From positions 92,737 to 156,736 of the forward strand of contig NMRA01000043.1 of the NCBI GenBank assembly GCA_002633005.1: DNA of 64,000 nt. The letters are read 5' to 3'. Shown here piece by piece: positions 13,720 to 53,761 of this stretch. Origin of the DNA: Phoronis australis (Eukaryota > Animalia > Phoronida). A program made the translations under genes and the position numbers. A model generated the notes under the pieces. It saw only the letters and a program-made list of their open reading frames with translations. It was not told the DNA's origin and ran no database searches. Within the stretch, counting starts at the first letter, position 1. Each line of letters opens with the position of its first letter.

Positions 13720-14710
13720 CAGTGCAGGTGGTCTGATGTCATGTGCGGTGCATCAGACGTGCGCAGGCCTCTTGGTTGGAAACATTGCACAAAACACCTG
13801 AGCAAAAGCACGAGAGTCCAATTATGGCTCCTCGTGAAGATAGTTTTCAAGTCTGCCAGTCTCATTTAGGAAAACGAACATACGTTTCCATTTGTTGCCA
13901 TGCACTATATGTTGTGGGCATGTAACAGTGCCATCCAGTAGGTTGTTCCTTAGCCTATAAGAAGCTGGGCAAGACTCTACCAGGTGTTTAGGAGATTCTA
14001 CATCAGTATCACACTCCGGACACACAGGGCTCCCCATATGCCCAGTAATGTGTCTGTGTCGGGCTAGGTTGCAGTGGCCCGTCAAAATTTGAATGACGTG
14101 TCTTATACCCAATGTATCTGGACTCAAGGTTTTTTGAACCTTTTGGTTCGATCACGTTGGGAAAATTCTCCTTGGTCTCTCTGCAGGAGTTAAGTGATGC
14201 CGACTGGACTGCTGACTGGGTATGTACCCAGTTGCGTATACTAATCCTGCAACATCCGTAAGATACCGGGATAGCAGCCGGGGTTCAGGCACAAAATGCA
14301 GAACGCTTGCTCCTATCTTTGCGAGTCTGTCTGCATTCTCAGCGTACATTAACGGTTCTTTCAATTGCAAGCTTGTTAAGCTCATTAATACAAGCATTAA
14401 CACAACGAGAGTTGACCCTTAATTTCTTTATGTCTTTTATTGCTGCCTGGCTATCTGAAAAAATGGTAATTGGCCGATTGCCAAGCTCAGTGTTATATTG
14501 TTGTGCCAGTTGAGCAGCTCTATTAATTGCAGTGATCTCAGCCTGAAACACCGTGGCAAGATTGCCTAGCGATACCCCGTTTTCTGCATCTGCAACAGGA
14601 AGGCTTGGAAAGTAGACCCCAGCACCTGTCTGGCCATTTTCCAGTTTAGAGCCGTCCGTATAACAAACCACCTCATTCTTGTCCTGCGGTAGGCCATCCA
14701 TCGCCAATTT
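13720..14710 (-). mobile_element. 3' fragment of an RNase H-encoding non-LTR retrotransposon (I/R1/LOA-type)
   Basis: CYTDGSK..GAGVY..TVFQAEITAI..IFSDSQAAI (RNase H), then ENADRLAK after a frameshift, then LTGHCNL..CPEC..ESPKHLVESCP (C-terminal Zn knuckle). Confidence 0.9.
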
Positions 14711-15575
14711 CCGTGAAGAAATTGTTAAACACTAGGCATACAATATCCAGCAGACTTACACGATTAGACTAAACGTAAAGCCTTAACTGAATTACACATA
14801 CATGTACTTACTGGAGTTTTCCGCGTGGCCCAGCTAATAATTACTCAGTCTAAAGAGCGTCACAACATGTCGAGAACCTATTTGAAATGAGCGCTGAAAT
14901 GACTGCTCAAGCTAAAAACCATCAAAACTGTACTCTGATTGGATAGATTACAATGGTAACGTATATTTAGCCAATAAACAATTACCAAGGAGCGGGGGTA
15001 GACAACCATTACATTGCAGTCTGGAAACGCCCTAAGATGTACATGCATTGCCTCTGGTGGACATAAAGATCCTAAACAAAAGACTAACCCTCCTGTATTA
15101 ACACATTGTATTTTATTTCTCTGAACATGTACTTATGTTGGTCTTCTTAATTGTTAGTATCTGTTTAATGTATTGTTACTCGGTGGTCAGCTATTAGCGG
15201 CTTTTGCTGACTGATGGCCACCCAGTCATATAACAATGTATGTTTTGATATGATTTAATAATAAAGTTTGTTTCTCTCTCTCTACTGCATTTGAAGGGGA
15301 ACTCTATTAAATTGTACGCCCATTGTCCCAATTTCAAGGGTGCGATTCAGACAACCGGCGCAATCTTGATGATAACTATGGCTAATACATGTAACTGCCG
15401 CTGCCGATCGGCAAGTGCGTGATATCCCAGGCGACCGGCAGTGGCGTTTCCGTCATCTACATCACCCTGCAATGACGGAAATTACTTCATTTTTTCAAAG
15501 AAAACGAAAGTTGAGTGACGTTAAAGAAGCAGAAGCAACAGGTAAGTTTTAATCGATTTCCATCCCACGGTCAGG

Positions 15576-16404
15576 TGTTAGGGGAACCTTTATTTACATT
15601 TACATTACTCAAATAATGATTGTCAATGTACAACTTCTGCCCTGGCGGTTCTGTGGCCAAAGCGGAACCTGAATTCGCGGCCCCCGACGAGTAAGTAGGT
15701 TTGCAGTTTCGTGGCCAATTCACCAACATAGTCACGTGCACTTTACTTCTTTGACTCACTAATATAGTATTTTCTTGACTGGAAGTTTAGTTTCCAACTT
15801 TGGCTGGTTTATGTTCGTGATGTCTGATCGGTTTCCGAGCCACTGGCCGGGATATGACGAGTCAGTCCGTCCGCGACGGGCCCGATCGGGTTCCGTGCTA
15901 CTGGCTAGGATAACAAGCGTTTTGTTTGTTTAGAACTCAAAAAATCACAAGTCTAAACAACACAGATCTGGGTTCTCCTGTCTGTATCGCACTGAAAAAT
16001 ACTTCGAATTTATCTCCGAACAGACCCCAAACTCCTACTACGGACCTTATTGGCCTGCCGAACTTTGTAGGCTACAGTGTGTCCAAACACCAATAAATCC
16101 GTAAGAACGAAATAAAACAACACGTTTTTATAAGAACTCTGTGTATTTTTAAGGGTTTTACATCGACGTTTGATGATTTATTGGTGTTAAACGATGAATT
16201 CAAGCAATAAGCTGACACCAGTAACCCGTGTTGTCAACTCAGTGCTGAACAGACTGCGTATGAAACCAATTACGTCACTGGATAATTTAAACACCTCCGT
16301 CTGCCGTAAGGTGTCAGGTAATGCAACCGTACGTGCCCTTATGGAGTAGAACTACTCGATCCAAGTTGATACAAATTAGGTTGTTTTTTAGGTGACGTAC
16401 TCCT
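15576..16404. mobile_element. Partial, diverged copy of the Kolobok-like element at 26823-28302 (right half)
   Basis: Colinear similarity to 27515-28302 (e.g. ggaagtttagtttccaactt, tttgatgatttattggtgt, gaactactcgatc); ends ..actcct followed by TTAA at 16405-16408. Confidence 0.8.
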
Positions 16405-17750
16405 TTAACTCCTCTCTCATGTATCATCAAGTGTTATAACATCCCCCACCCTGTCCAGCCTCTAATTACGTCATCACAACCTGACGCCCTCTTTAGGCAG
16501 TGATGGAGTGGTCTGTCGTTTGTCTGCTGTTTATAAGGTGAGCCCAATGAAATATGATCAAATCTTAGACGCGTGCAAGGGCAGGTCCTGGTTTTGGAAT
16601 TAGTCAATTTCCCTACAAGCTGAACAAGTTTCTTAATTATATTATGTACTTAGGTGAAGATATTCTAATAAGACACATGATGACGACACCATGACTATCC
16701 CCTTTCATAAGGCGCCATCTTTTTCAACCCCCTTCCAACACAAAATTGGTGTCATTCGCTTCTTGATCGGATCAGAAGTGAATTCTTTGTACGCGAAGAA
16801 TTGACTGTTCGTTTTTCCGTGAGGCTGTCCTCTGCTCATGAAACAACACGTCGTGATAAGACAATTTGTTGAACCGGCTCAATCATTGACCGATAGTCAG
16901 TGTTTTCAAAGCCGTGAAATCACCCGAGATTTGACTACGGAACAATTTGAGACCGTTTACATAGCAGTAAGTGGACTATGTAAAAACTTGATTGTTGTGA
17001 CGGAAGGCGGGTACGTAAACATTTAAAATTGTAGAATGTCCCTCTCAATTAACTGGAATTGTTTCAGTTGACAAATGCCTCCTCTAACTAACTGAATTTG
17101 TTTCGGTCGACAAATTGGAACAACGAAACCGACGCGGAAATAGATTTAGATACCTCAACTGGAAATAATCAATGGTTGGATAGAATATGTTTTGTGTCAG
17201 CTCAGCGAAATAAGATATTAGGTACTAAGAAAGCAAACAATTGCGCGTAGAAAATTTAGGATTAACTGTCGTTACCTAGGCAGTGCATTTGAGAGCTAGA
17301 ACATGCGAGAACGTAGAATGGTTGTGTTTAACTTAACCTGTTGTTCTGTCTTGCTGTTGTGTGGCTTTGCTGTGGGTGAGTGGTTTAATAAAAACAATGA
17401 CTATAAAGACAGCAAAAATGTCAGCGCAAGACACCATGCTGCAAGTTTCCTAGAATGCGCAACATTGTGCTTGAAGGAGAGAGATGTTAATGAAAACTTG
17501 TGCGCGGCCGTCAACTACCACCCCGAGGAAAAGTTATGCGAACTGTGCAACTCATGCCCCGCGAAGCCTGTACCTGCTCCCGGGTGGTCCTTCTGGACAA
17601 TTTCAGATCAGCAGCTCAACACGTTTGGTAAGTTACTTGAGAAAGTAAACGTATATACCTTCTATTTCAAACCCAAACTTAAAAATGAGAACAAGTGAAC
17701 ATAATTTGGCGATATCTGTGTTTAGTGGAAAACTGGACAATTTGGTATAT
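16405..17750 (+). repeat. Local duplication of 2413-3690 (MITE remnant, upstream region, exon 1 and start of the intron of the PAN/Caspr-like gene)
   Basis: Colinear similarity, e.g. cgccctctttaggcagtgatggagtgg, cggatcagaagtgaattctttgt, ggcagtgcatttgagagcta, ggaaaactggacaatttggtatat. Confidence 0.92.
17318..17627 (+). pseudogene. Duplicate exon 1 of PAN/Caspr-like gene (open frame, donor intact; exon 2 not seen)
   Basis: Same 310-nt length and phase-1 GTAAGT donor as 3262-3571. The protein MVVFNLTCCSVLLLCGFAVGEWF..QQLNTF is highly similar. Whether it is a gene or pseudogene is unresolved because of the gap at 17961. Confidence 0.7.
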
Positions 17751-17796
17751 TTTATATTAAATATTCTTTGTTACAATGAAAAAGTACCGTACTTTA

Positions 17797-17960
17797 CAGT
17801 GGCGGATCTAGGATATCGCAAGGGGGGGCCCATTATTTGTCCGGCTGTAAGCATTTGCGCAAACCGAACCACGATTGTAGATGCGCATAGCACCGAATGG
17901 GGGGAGGTCGGGAGGGGGGTTTGCCCCCCTCCCGCCCAGGGAATTTTTCTGTTTTTACCT
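17797..17960 (+). mobile_element. MITE copy truncated by assembly gap (same family as 39891-40212)
   Basis: cagtggcggatctaggatatc..cccctcccgcccagg matches 39891 onward. Confidence 0.8.
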
Positions 17961-18031
17961 NNNNNNNNNNNNNNNNNNNNNNNNNNNNNNNNNNNNNNNN
18001 NNNNNNNNNNNNNNNNNNNNNNNNNNNNNNN
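17961..18031. other. Assembly gap
   Basis: Run of N. Confidence 1.
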
Positions 18032-19114
18032 GTGTTAATTTTCTTTCCGAGGTATAAAACAAAGCCGGGATTTGGTTTTTACATATTGTGAAAAGACGTT
18101 TTTGAAAACTGAAGTTGTGTAAAATGAAAGTGACACACCATATAAGCTGCGTGACAATTTTAAATCACACGCGGTCATTTGTAGTGCGCTATGATGGGCG
18201 CTAGCTTGAACTGGGGGCGCTTAATTGGAAATTCTCAAAATTTAAGGGGGGACTTTTAATAGATCAGAGAGCGGTTATTATGAAACACTTTAAAGGTAGG
18301 GAGTAGGCTTGTGCGTGAGCATAGTCGTTAACCTCAGTGTTTGCGGTAATAAGATATTAAAACGCTGCAATGGTAAGAAACGTTATAATAATAGGATTTC
18401 GCGAGGCAAACTCCATCTAGTAGGGGTGACTTTCTGGATATCGTTACCACCTACATTGTACCTTTTTAGCCACCCGGAATGATTTTGTTTTTAACTGCCC
18501 CCTTCAGCCGGAACAAGGTTGTTTCTATAGGAGTCTGAACATTTTACGGCGACGGTGGTTCGAGGAGCGAAAAGTTGCCGGGGGGGAGGGGTGTATGAAA
18601 AGTTCGCTAACTTGAATCACAATTTCGCATCTAGTGCCAGTTTAGTTGCAATAGCGGCTACGGGCATAAAATACAGGGTTTACAGAACATCAGAACAGGA
18701 AAACGTCAGTTCTGGGTTATATCGGCCCCGGGACCGTCGGATCTTTTATAACCGCTGGGAATCCGAGTTCATTTTCAAATAAACCAGAGCCAAGCCGGTA
18801 TACTCTTTCATTTAAGACTGTCGCTGTTCTTTGAAGTGGTGCGCACACGTGAGTTCACGCACTTGAATTGCTGGAGTAGGCCTACACTCAGTTACGTTGG
18901 CAATAACGTGTGAAAGACAAATCATATTTCGCGAACAGTATTTGTGATGTGTATAGTGATAGTGTTTTGCATGAACAGTATTTGTGACTGCTCAAAGTCC
19001 CATTGTGCCCTGGGAAACGATTTCATTTAAGACTGCTGAAAGTACACAGTGTTGATGTAACTTGAGGCAATACAAATTCACCATTTGTTGCATTTTGGTA
19101 TTTTGTGTCTGTTT

Positions 19115-19613
19115 AAGGCCCTTTCATACTAACATTGATGTTTCAATGTTTTGGGGAGTTGCAGTCAGTATGAGTGGTCAGCTGGATCAAAGTTAATAGC
19201 ATCAGTTAACTTTGCAGTAAATAGATGGATTTAACAGTGTAGCGTCAACGCTGTGGTGGGGTATGAACTGTCAACTTTGGTCTCATTGAAGTTATCGACA
19301 GCGAACACTGCTATCGTGCTATTGGCAATACTTAAAAGCCAGTGTCATCGCTAATAGTTGCTTATATTTCGCTCAAATAATCACCAATCGAATTAGAAAT
19401 AAGTTTTATGCCAATTTGCTCACGTAAATTTTCCCAAATTGTACTATTTAAAAAAATCTTAGCGCGCACGTGATGCATCAGCACTACATTGAGATTCCAT
19501 CGATGATGGCAGCGTCACCTACTGTTTACTTCGATGCCGTTAATTTCCGAAGCTTGTATGAATGATTCGAGTAACTTCACAGTTAACGTCGATGCCCCGT
19601 ATGAAAGGGCCTT
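19115..19613. mobile_element. MITE (Harbinger-like)
   Basis: Perfect 15-bp TIR aaggccctttcatac (19115-19129) / gtatgaaagggcctt (19599-19613). Confidence 0.65.
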
Positions 19614-19728
19614 CAGAGTCTTACATGGTTATTATACCTAATCACTCAAGCTCACAGGGCACTTAAAGGGTTGGATATGGTTAGTTTATCTGCGTCATGT
19701 TTCTTGTATTATTTGTTACTCATTGCAG

Positions 19729-47634
<27,906 letters not shown>

Positions 47635-48334
47635 CAACTACCTGACTCTAGTCCATCAGCTTTTTCATCATGGTTGTCCTGCCATTGAGAAACACGAAAT
47701 CTGGAACCATGCAGAGCCACCTGGTGAGAGTTCACAGAAATGCTTCCTTTGGACCTGGTGTTCAGGTTGCATGGTGTTGGCTCAATGCTCAATGTTAAAA
47801 GAGTTATGCAGGAGGACACTGCTCAGTACTAGCACATGTAGAAGGCGATGAGGAATTCTTTGTTTTTTTCTCTAATTAGTGAGTGAGAGAGAGTACAATC
47901 TTGTACTCAATCGATAGGATGGAGCACTGAAATGCAAAAATTAATGTGAACGGTATTCACATTGCGGGGCATACTTTATTAAACGACTGTATGTTTGTCA
48001 CGTTTGAGAGTTGTGTGTATGACTTCTCAAATTCTTTATAGAGTTTCTATCACTATGGAACAAAAGACTGAAACTCTTTAGAGGCTGGAAGAAGTTCTGT
48101 ATAAAATTCTCAATTCTGACTGACAGAAGGATGTTCAATGGCGTATGCTCACAAGACGTACAGCGTTCAGTAGATATTAGTTTTGACTAGCATGTATTTT
48201 TTCGCTGTGTCCCTTGCTAGGGTTGAATTTCACCAATTTCAGACTAGGTAATTGCCAAAATCTGTTTTTTCATTTTACCAGAACCTCTAAAACATTTTTA
48301 TTTGTAATCCCAATGTTCTTATTATAACTAAAAC

Positions 48335-48778
48335 ATTGTCTGATCATAGACTATAGATAGGGACTATATATCTATTGTCTGATGGTAGACTATAGATAGG
48401 GACTATATATCTATGGTCTGATCATAGACTATAGATAGGGACTATATATCTATGGTCTGATCATAGACTATAGATAGGGACTATATATCTATTGTCTGAT
48501 GGTAGACTATAGATAGGGACTATATATCTATTGTCTGATGGTAGACTATAGATAGGGACTATATATCTATGGTCTGATGGTAGACTATAGGTAGGGACTA
48601 TATATCTATGGTCTGATGGTAGACTAAAGATAGGGACTATATATCTATGGTCTGATGGTAGACTATAGATAGGGACTATATATCTATGGTCTGATGGTAG
48701 ACTAAAGATAGGGACTATATATCTATGGTCTGATGGTAGACTATTGATAGGGACTATATATCTATGGTCTGGTGGTAG
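48335..48778. repeat. Minisatellite, 39-bp unit x ~11
   Basis: gtctgatggtagactatagatagggactatatatctatg repeated. Confidence 0.97.
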
Positions 48779-50931
48779 CTATGGAATAGAAATTAAAAAT
48801 AATGATCAAGCATTTTATTTGTTATCATGATGAAAAAATGGAAATTTCACTTGTTCGCCATATTGTGTCCTAAATTGGTGAGATTTTACCTTGTTACGAT
48901 GTAGAATTCAGTTGGTCAAAGACTCATAGATGAAGTTCTGTAGCCTATGTTGGAGACATATGTTTCAGTCTGCATTTTGTAATCCTTTGCCATAATTGGG
49001 AACTGACAAGGTTGTTCAAAATCTGAGGCATACAAATGTCAAACCACCAGAAATATTCTCTTAAATATTAATTCCAAATTGGACACAACTAGTATGTTTA
49101 AAACTCATCTATGGTGGGTATGTGTGGATTTCTTGAGAAATAAACTTACGTTTCTTATGTGACCGTCATATTGGACAGTAGACTGATGTTATATATTATC
49201 GTACTGTAACTAATTTTGCCAAGCTTGAATAAATACAAAAAGTTTCAGTCACTCTGCATCTAGGACCAATATCAAATATGTAATACACTCCCAGCTCTGC
49301 ATGTACTTAGGAGGTTGTAGCACAGTGGCTCGGAGTAGTTTTCTGGACTTTTGGTACCTACTTGGATCAAAAATATTTCAAAAGTTTTGCATTGGTCCTT
49401 GACTATCTGAGGCTGCTTGAGATGTTTTTGATCAATATCTCTGCTACAACTCCTTTCTGTTGCATTGACACGTGTCAGTGCAGTACTGGTAGGTACTGTT
49501 GTACATTGGGGGATGTACACTTGCCAGAGTATTGTGACATAAAGAGTCCCACAGTTCAGCAATTGATGGTATTTTATGAGATTGGTAGTTTTATGTTTTT
49601 GTTAAAGGGACGTTATTGTTTTACAGCTGAAAAATGCAGTTTGGAGGGTTATTGCTGATTGGATAAACTTTTGAAGGTATTAGCTTTGACCAGAGCTCCG
49701 AAATAACAAAATCCATTGTGATTTTGTGATTTTATCGTGAATCGACAGTTCTCATTGTCTGCCAGACATTCACAGAAATCAATACCCTTGACTACCAATT
49801 AAATACAGATTTCGTTCAGTCAGCAGAGCGTTTGGCTGCAACACAAGACTTTCAGCTTCAATTCCACACTTGGGCTGATCTGACTATTTTTGTACCAATA
49901 ATGTCTCTTTAACTGCCATAGTAGACATATTTTTTAAATAGTCATACATTTGGCAAACCAGTTGGTAGGATTTCGTTGAGCATTCTTTGCATATGTGCAT
50001 GACGGGAATTAAAAAACAATTCAACAATTTTACCACGTCTTGTTAACAGTTGGGATACACCATTGAGGAGAATAGAGGTCATCCCCTATTGTTTTGAAGT
50101 CCTCCATTGATGGATTAGCCATCCCCATCAAAGCTGACGACCTGGTGAAATGCTTTAATTTTGTCTCATCATATGTCGAGTGGTCGAGTAGCTATTTATA
50201 ACTTTCAGCTTGGATAGTGCGTTGGAAGAAAATCTGTCTTTATGCTTACACTTACACTAAGTGCTCGCTCAAATTAAGTTGGAGTGGCTGTAAGCTTGCC
50301 TTCTGCCAAAAAAGATCTCTTTTGATTAGGAGGCCATTTTTGTGGTTTATTAGGACTTTATTGACAGTCAGTCTGTGTATTGACTTTATTGACAGTCAGT
50401 GTGTGTATTTAGCCATTATGCAAGTATCTAAAAGATTGTAGATTTTAAATCGGTAAAAGTACAGATTTTTTGTAAGTAAAGAGGTTATAGAATTTGGTTT
50501 ATTACTTTTTACCAATCAGTCATGAGCTGGGTCATATGGCCATGCCTTTTTAATGATATTTACCAAAATAAAATCAAGGTACGTTGATATCAGAACACCA
50601 GTATCATCATGACAAAATTTCATTTCATTGAAATGTTCAAAAACACTGTGCCCGTTAGTTTTCTAAAATACTATTTCGTTTTATGCCACTTAATCCTGTA
50701 AAGAAAGTCACAGAAGACCCATTTTTGATAGCCCCTCATGCAAAAGTGGAACATTTTAAAAGCATAGTATCTGAAAGTTTCATGGGAATCCAATCTACCA
50801 TTTCCTAGATATGACGTTCTGAAATTAACCAAATTTAGACATTTTTGTGTTCTAAATAACCATAAAGGTATCAACTAGTTCCTTATCCATGGTGATTTAT
50901 GGGCTTGAACAGAAATGATGATTCATTTAGT

Positions 50932-51100
50932 TAGACCTGGCTGAACAGGTTGACTTGTGACTTGGCACACAGCGTCATATGAAGTAATAGGCCTAGCTGA
51001 ACAGGTTGACTTGTGACTTGGCACAGAGCGTCATATGGAGTAATAGACCTGGCTGAACAGGCTGACTTGTGACTTGGCACACAGCGTGATCTGCAGTAAT
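50932..51100. repeat. Minisatellite, 56-bp unit x 3
   Basis: gctgaacaggttgacttgtgacttggcaca.. repeated. Confidence 0.93.
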
Positions 51101-53723
51101 GGTAAATTGTCCATTCTTTCCAATCTCTGAAACTGTCTCACATCCTAATAAGGAGCAAGTCAAGACCAGTTTTGTAGCTCAAAGAGATCTAAACTAAACC
51201 AAAGGATAGCTACGTTAACGGAAAACTGGTTTGCCATCGTTTAAAATTATTGAACAACGGTTTCTGCATTTAGCCTTTTTCACATTTTTGAAAAGCATGT
51301 TAAATTCTGTGATTATTGTAAAGTTGACAAATGATTGTAATAATGATTATTCAAGTTATGTATTCAATGATAATCAGATAATAAATGGTGCTGAATGTTG
51401 GACTTTGTGATTCAACTAATAGTGATAAGTGGCTTTTCCACTCCAGTTTTTGTATGAAGTAAATGGATGATTATAATGATTTAATGGATTTCACCAAAGA
51501 AATCAAATACAGGAAATTGAAACCAATAGAGGAAATCCTCTTAAAAGAGGAAAATTCCAAGCCTTGTTTTATGCAACTTTTCGTCCATAACTATGACAGT
51601 GGGAGGAGTGAGTGCATTCACAGACCAATCAAAAGTCATGTGTTACCAACATTACTAATTCCCAATTTCATTCAGTGTTAACCAGAGTGTGTCATTTGAC
51701 TAGTGCCAATTTGTAGCGATATGCCGTAGCCCTTGATATGGAATGCGAAGTTGTAAGACAACGGAACTTGCAGATAAAAAAACTGGTTGGCACTTTCAGT
51801 TGTATTTTCTGAACAGAGATTGGGAATTGTTACTGACTGTAAACCAAGTGCAAATCTTACCATCTTAATCGCACACGCTTTATCCAAAATTTTGTAGTGA
51901 GGTGGATTACTGTCAGCTTGCCACTTTTGCTTCAGTTCAAAAGTGATAGGAAAACATTGCAATACAACAAAAAAACAAGCTTTGTCTAGTTATACCGACT
52001 GACAAAAGACGGCAAATTACAATGTGCCATGTCCAGATTGATTTGGCCGAGATGACTTAAGCACTAAGTCAGTCCAAAACTATTGCTTGTCATGTATAAC
52101 GGTAAACTGATCCAACGCTTATGTGAATTACAGAGAAGTGGAATAACTTCTCAGCCGATGTGTTGCAACTTTTCAGGCAAAAATGTCGCTCGTCTGAAAA
52201 GGGCTTAACATACAATTACGTTCAAGCTACACTTGGTCGCTTAGCAACCACTTTCATTTAAACAGAAATGGTTATAGTATTCTCAAAGTAACTGTAAACT
52301 CCATAATCTCGAGGAAGCAAATTTTTGATTAAGACCAATTACCGCTACAAAATTGTTTTCAACTTGTTCCTTACTCAAATAAATGACAAGTCATGCATGA
52401 GTTTGCAGAGAAATGACAAATCCTTGTTCCTAGAGACTGTGTTTGGTGGTGACACGTCACCTCATTACATACCAACATGTAGAGCCTGGGCATTAGCAAT
52501 AACCAACAGTCACTTCCTCTTTAAAGCCCTGATATATAAAGCCCTGATATAACATCCAAATTTACTGAGGAACAATTTGAGATCAATTACAATATGGTAA
52601 ATGGTCTAAATCAAAAACTTTTACTTGTGATGGAAGGTGGGTTTATAGCTACTTTAAAAAAGACTTGTAATAGAAAAATGGGAAATAAATTTGGTTTGCT
52701 TAGACAAAACACTTTAGCAGCTGCCTCACTGCTTTAAACAACAGTTTATCTACATGAACTTTATTTACAATCTACATCCACGGAGCTGAAGAACACATTA
52801 GAGTGAAAGCAAAAGTCCAGGGTATAAAGGAGTAAGGAAACTAGGACACAAGTTGCCAGATTCTTTACAAAAATTCAGTACTGTAAAATCTCCCAAATTT
52901 TGGACAAAAACATCCAAAATTAAGATTTTTTTCATTTTTCGAAGATTTACGTCGTTATGTTTGTTCACTATTTCTCAAAACATTGTCAGATAGTAACTAC
53001 AGCATAGAACTTGGAAATGATAAAACCTTTATTGGATGCTACTTATCTTGTATGAAAAAAATGAAAACAATAAAATTTTTAATAACCTGACATTGAATCC
53101 TGAATTAGTGAGATTTTACCACAGTTAAACAGAAATGCAGTTGAAAAAGCACAACAGATTGATATGACCATTATGACAAGTACACTACTGTTGACAGCGA
53201 CCCCTATTGCCAGCTTGACTATCAGATAACAATAACCAACTTGCAATGGAAACACAGCAACAACCCATATAGTCTAAACCAAAAATCCTCAAGAAATCAT
53301 TTTCTGTTGCTTTCAAATGATGACATCCATGTTACAAGTTTCCAAATGTCATCATTTGCAAGACCAGAAGAGATCCTAGAATGAAGGACATTGGCTAATC
53401 AAACATAGTATATCCATAATCGTCATTTTGGCTCATTTAGAAGTAATGTGATGGGCTTAAATGGGTCAAGCAATAAGTTTGCCACTTCAATCTCCTCGCT
53501 CCTTACCACCTACTTCAACCTTCTCGCTCATTGGCACCCAAAAGTTGTGTCACCAAGATGACCTATTGGAACACCACAACAAAGCCCCCACAAGGGCAAT
53601 AGCAAGTCATTTCGTAGTTAAGCACACAAGTTAAACTGATCCACAGCAACATTCAGTGACGATGTCAAAACACGAGGCGTAGTCCAATGCTTGAGTCAAT
53701 AAATAGTGCTGCACCCATTTGCT

Positions 53724-53761
53724 TTATCTGTCTACCTCCCCAAACACAATATCCAATGTAC
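53724..53761 (-). CDS. NDUFS2: NDUFS2 last coding exon
   Basis: [12 protein letters not shown]. Confidence 0.97.

Noticed and set aside
52879-53126. Possible small TIR element (gtaaaatctc / gagattttac)
   Set aside because: The inverted match is only ~10-12 bp and no TSD was established.
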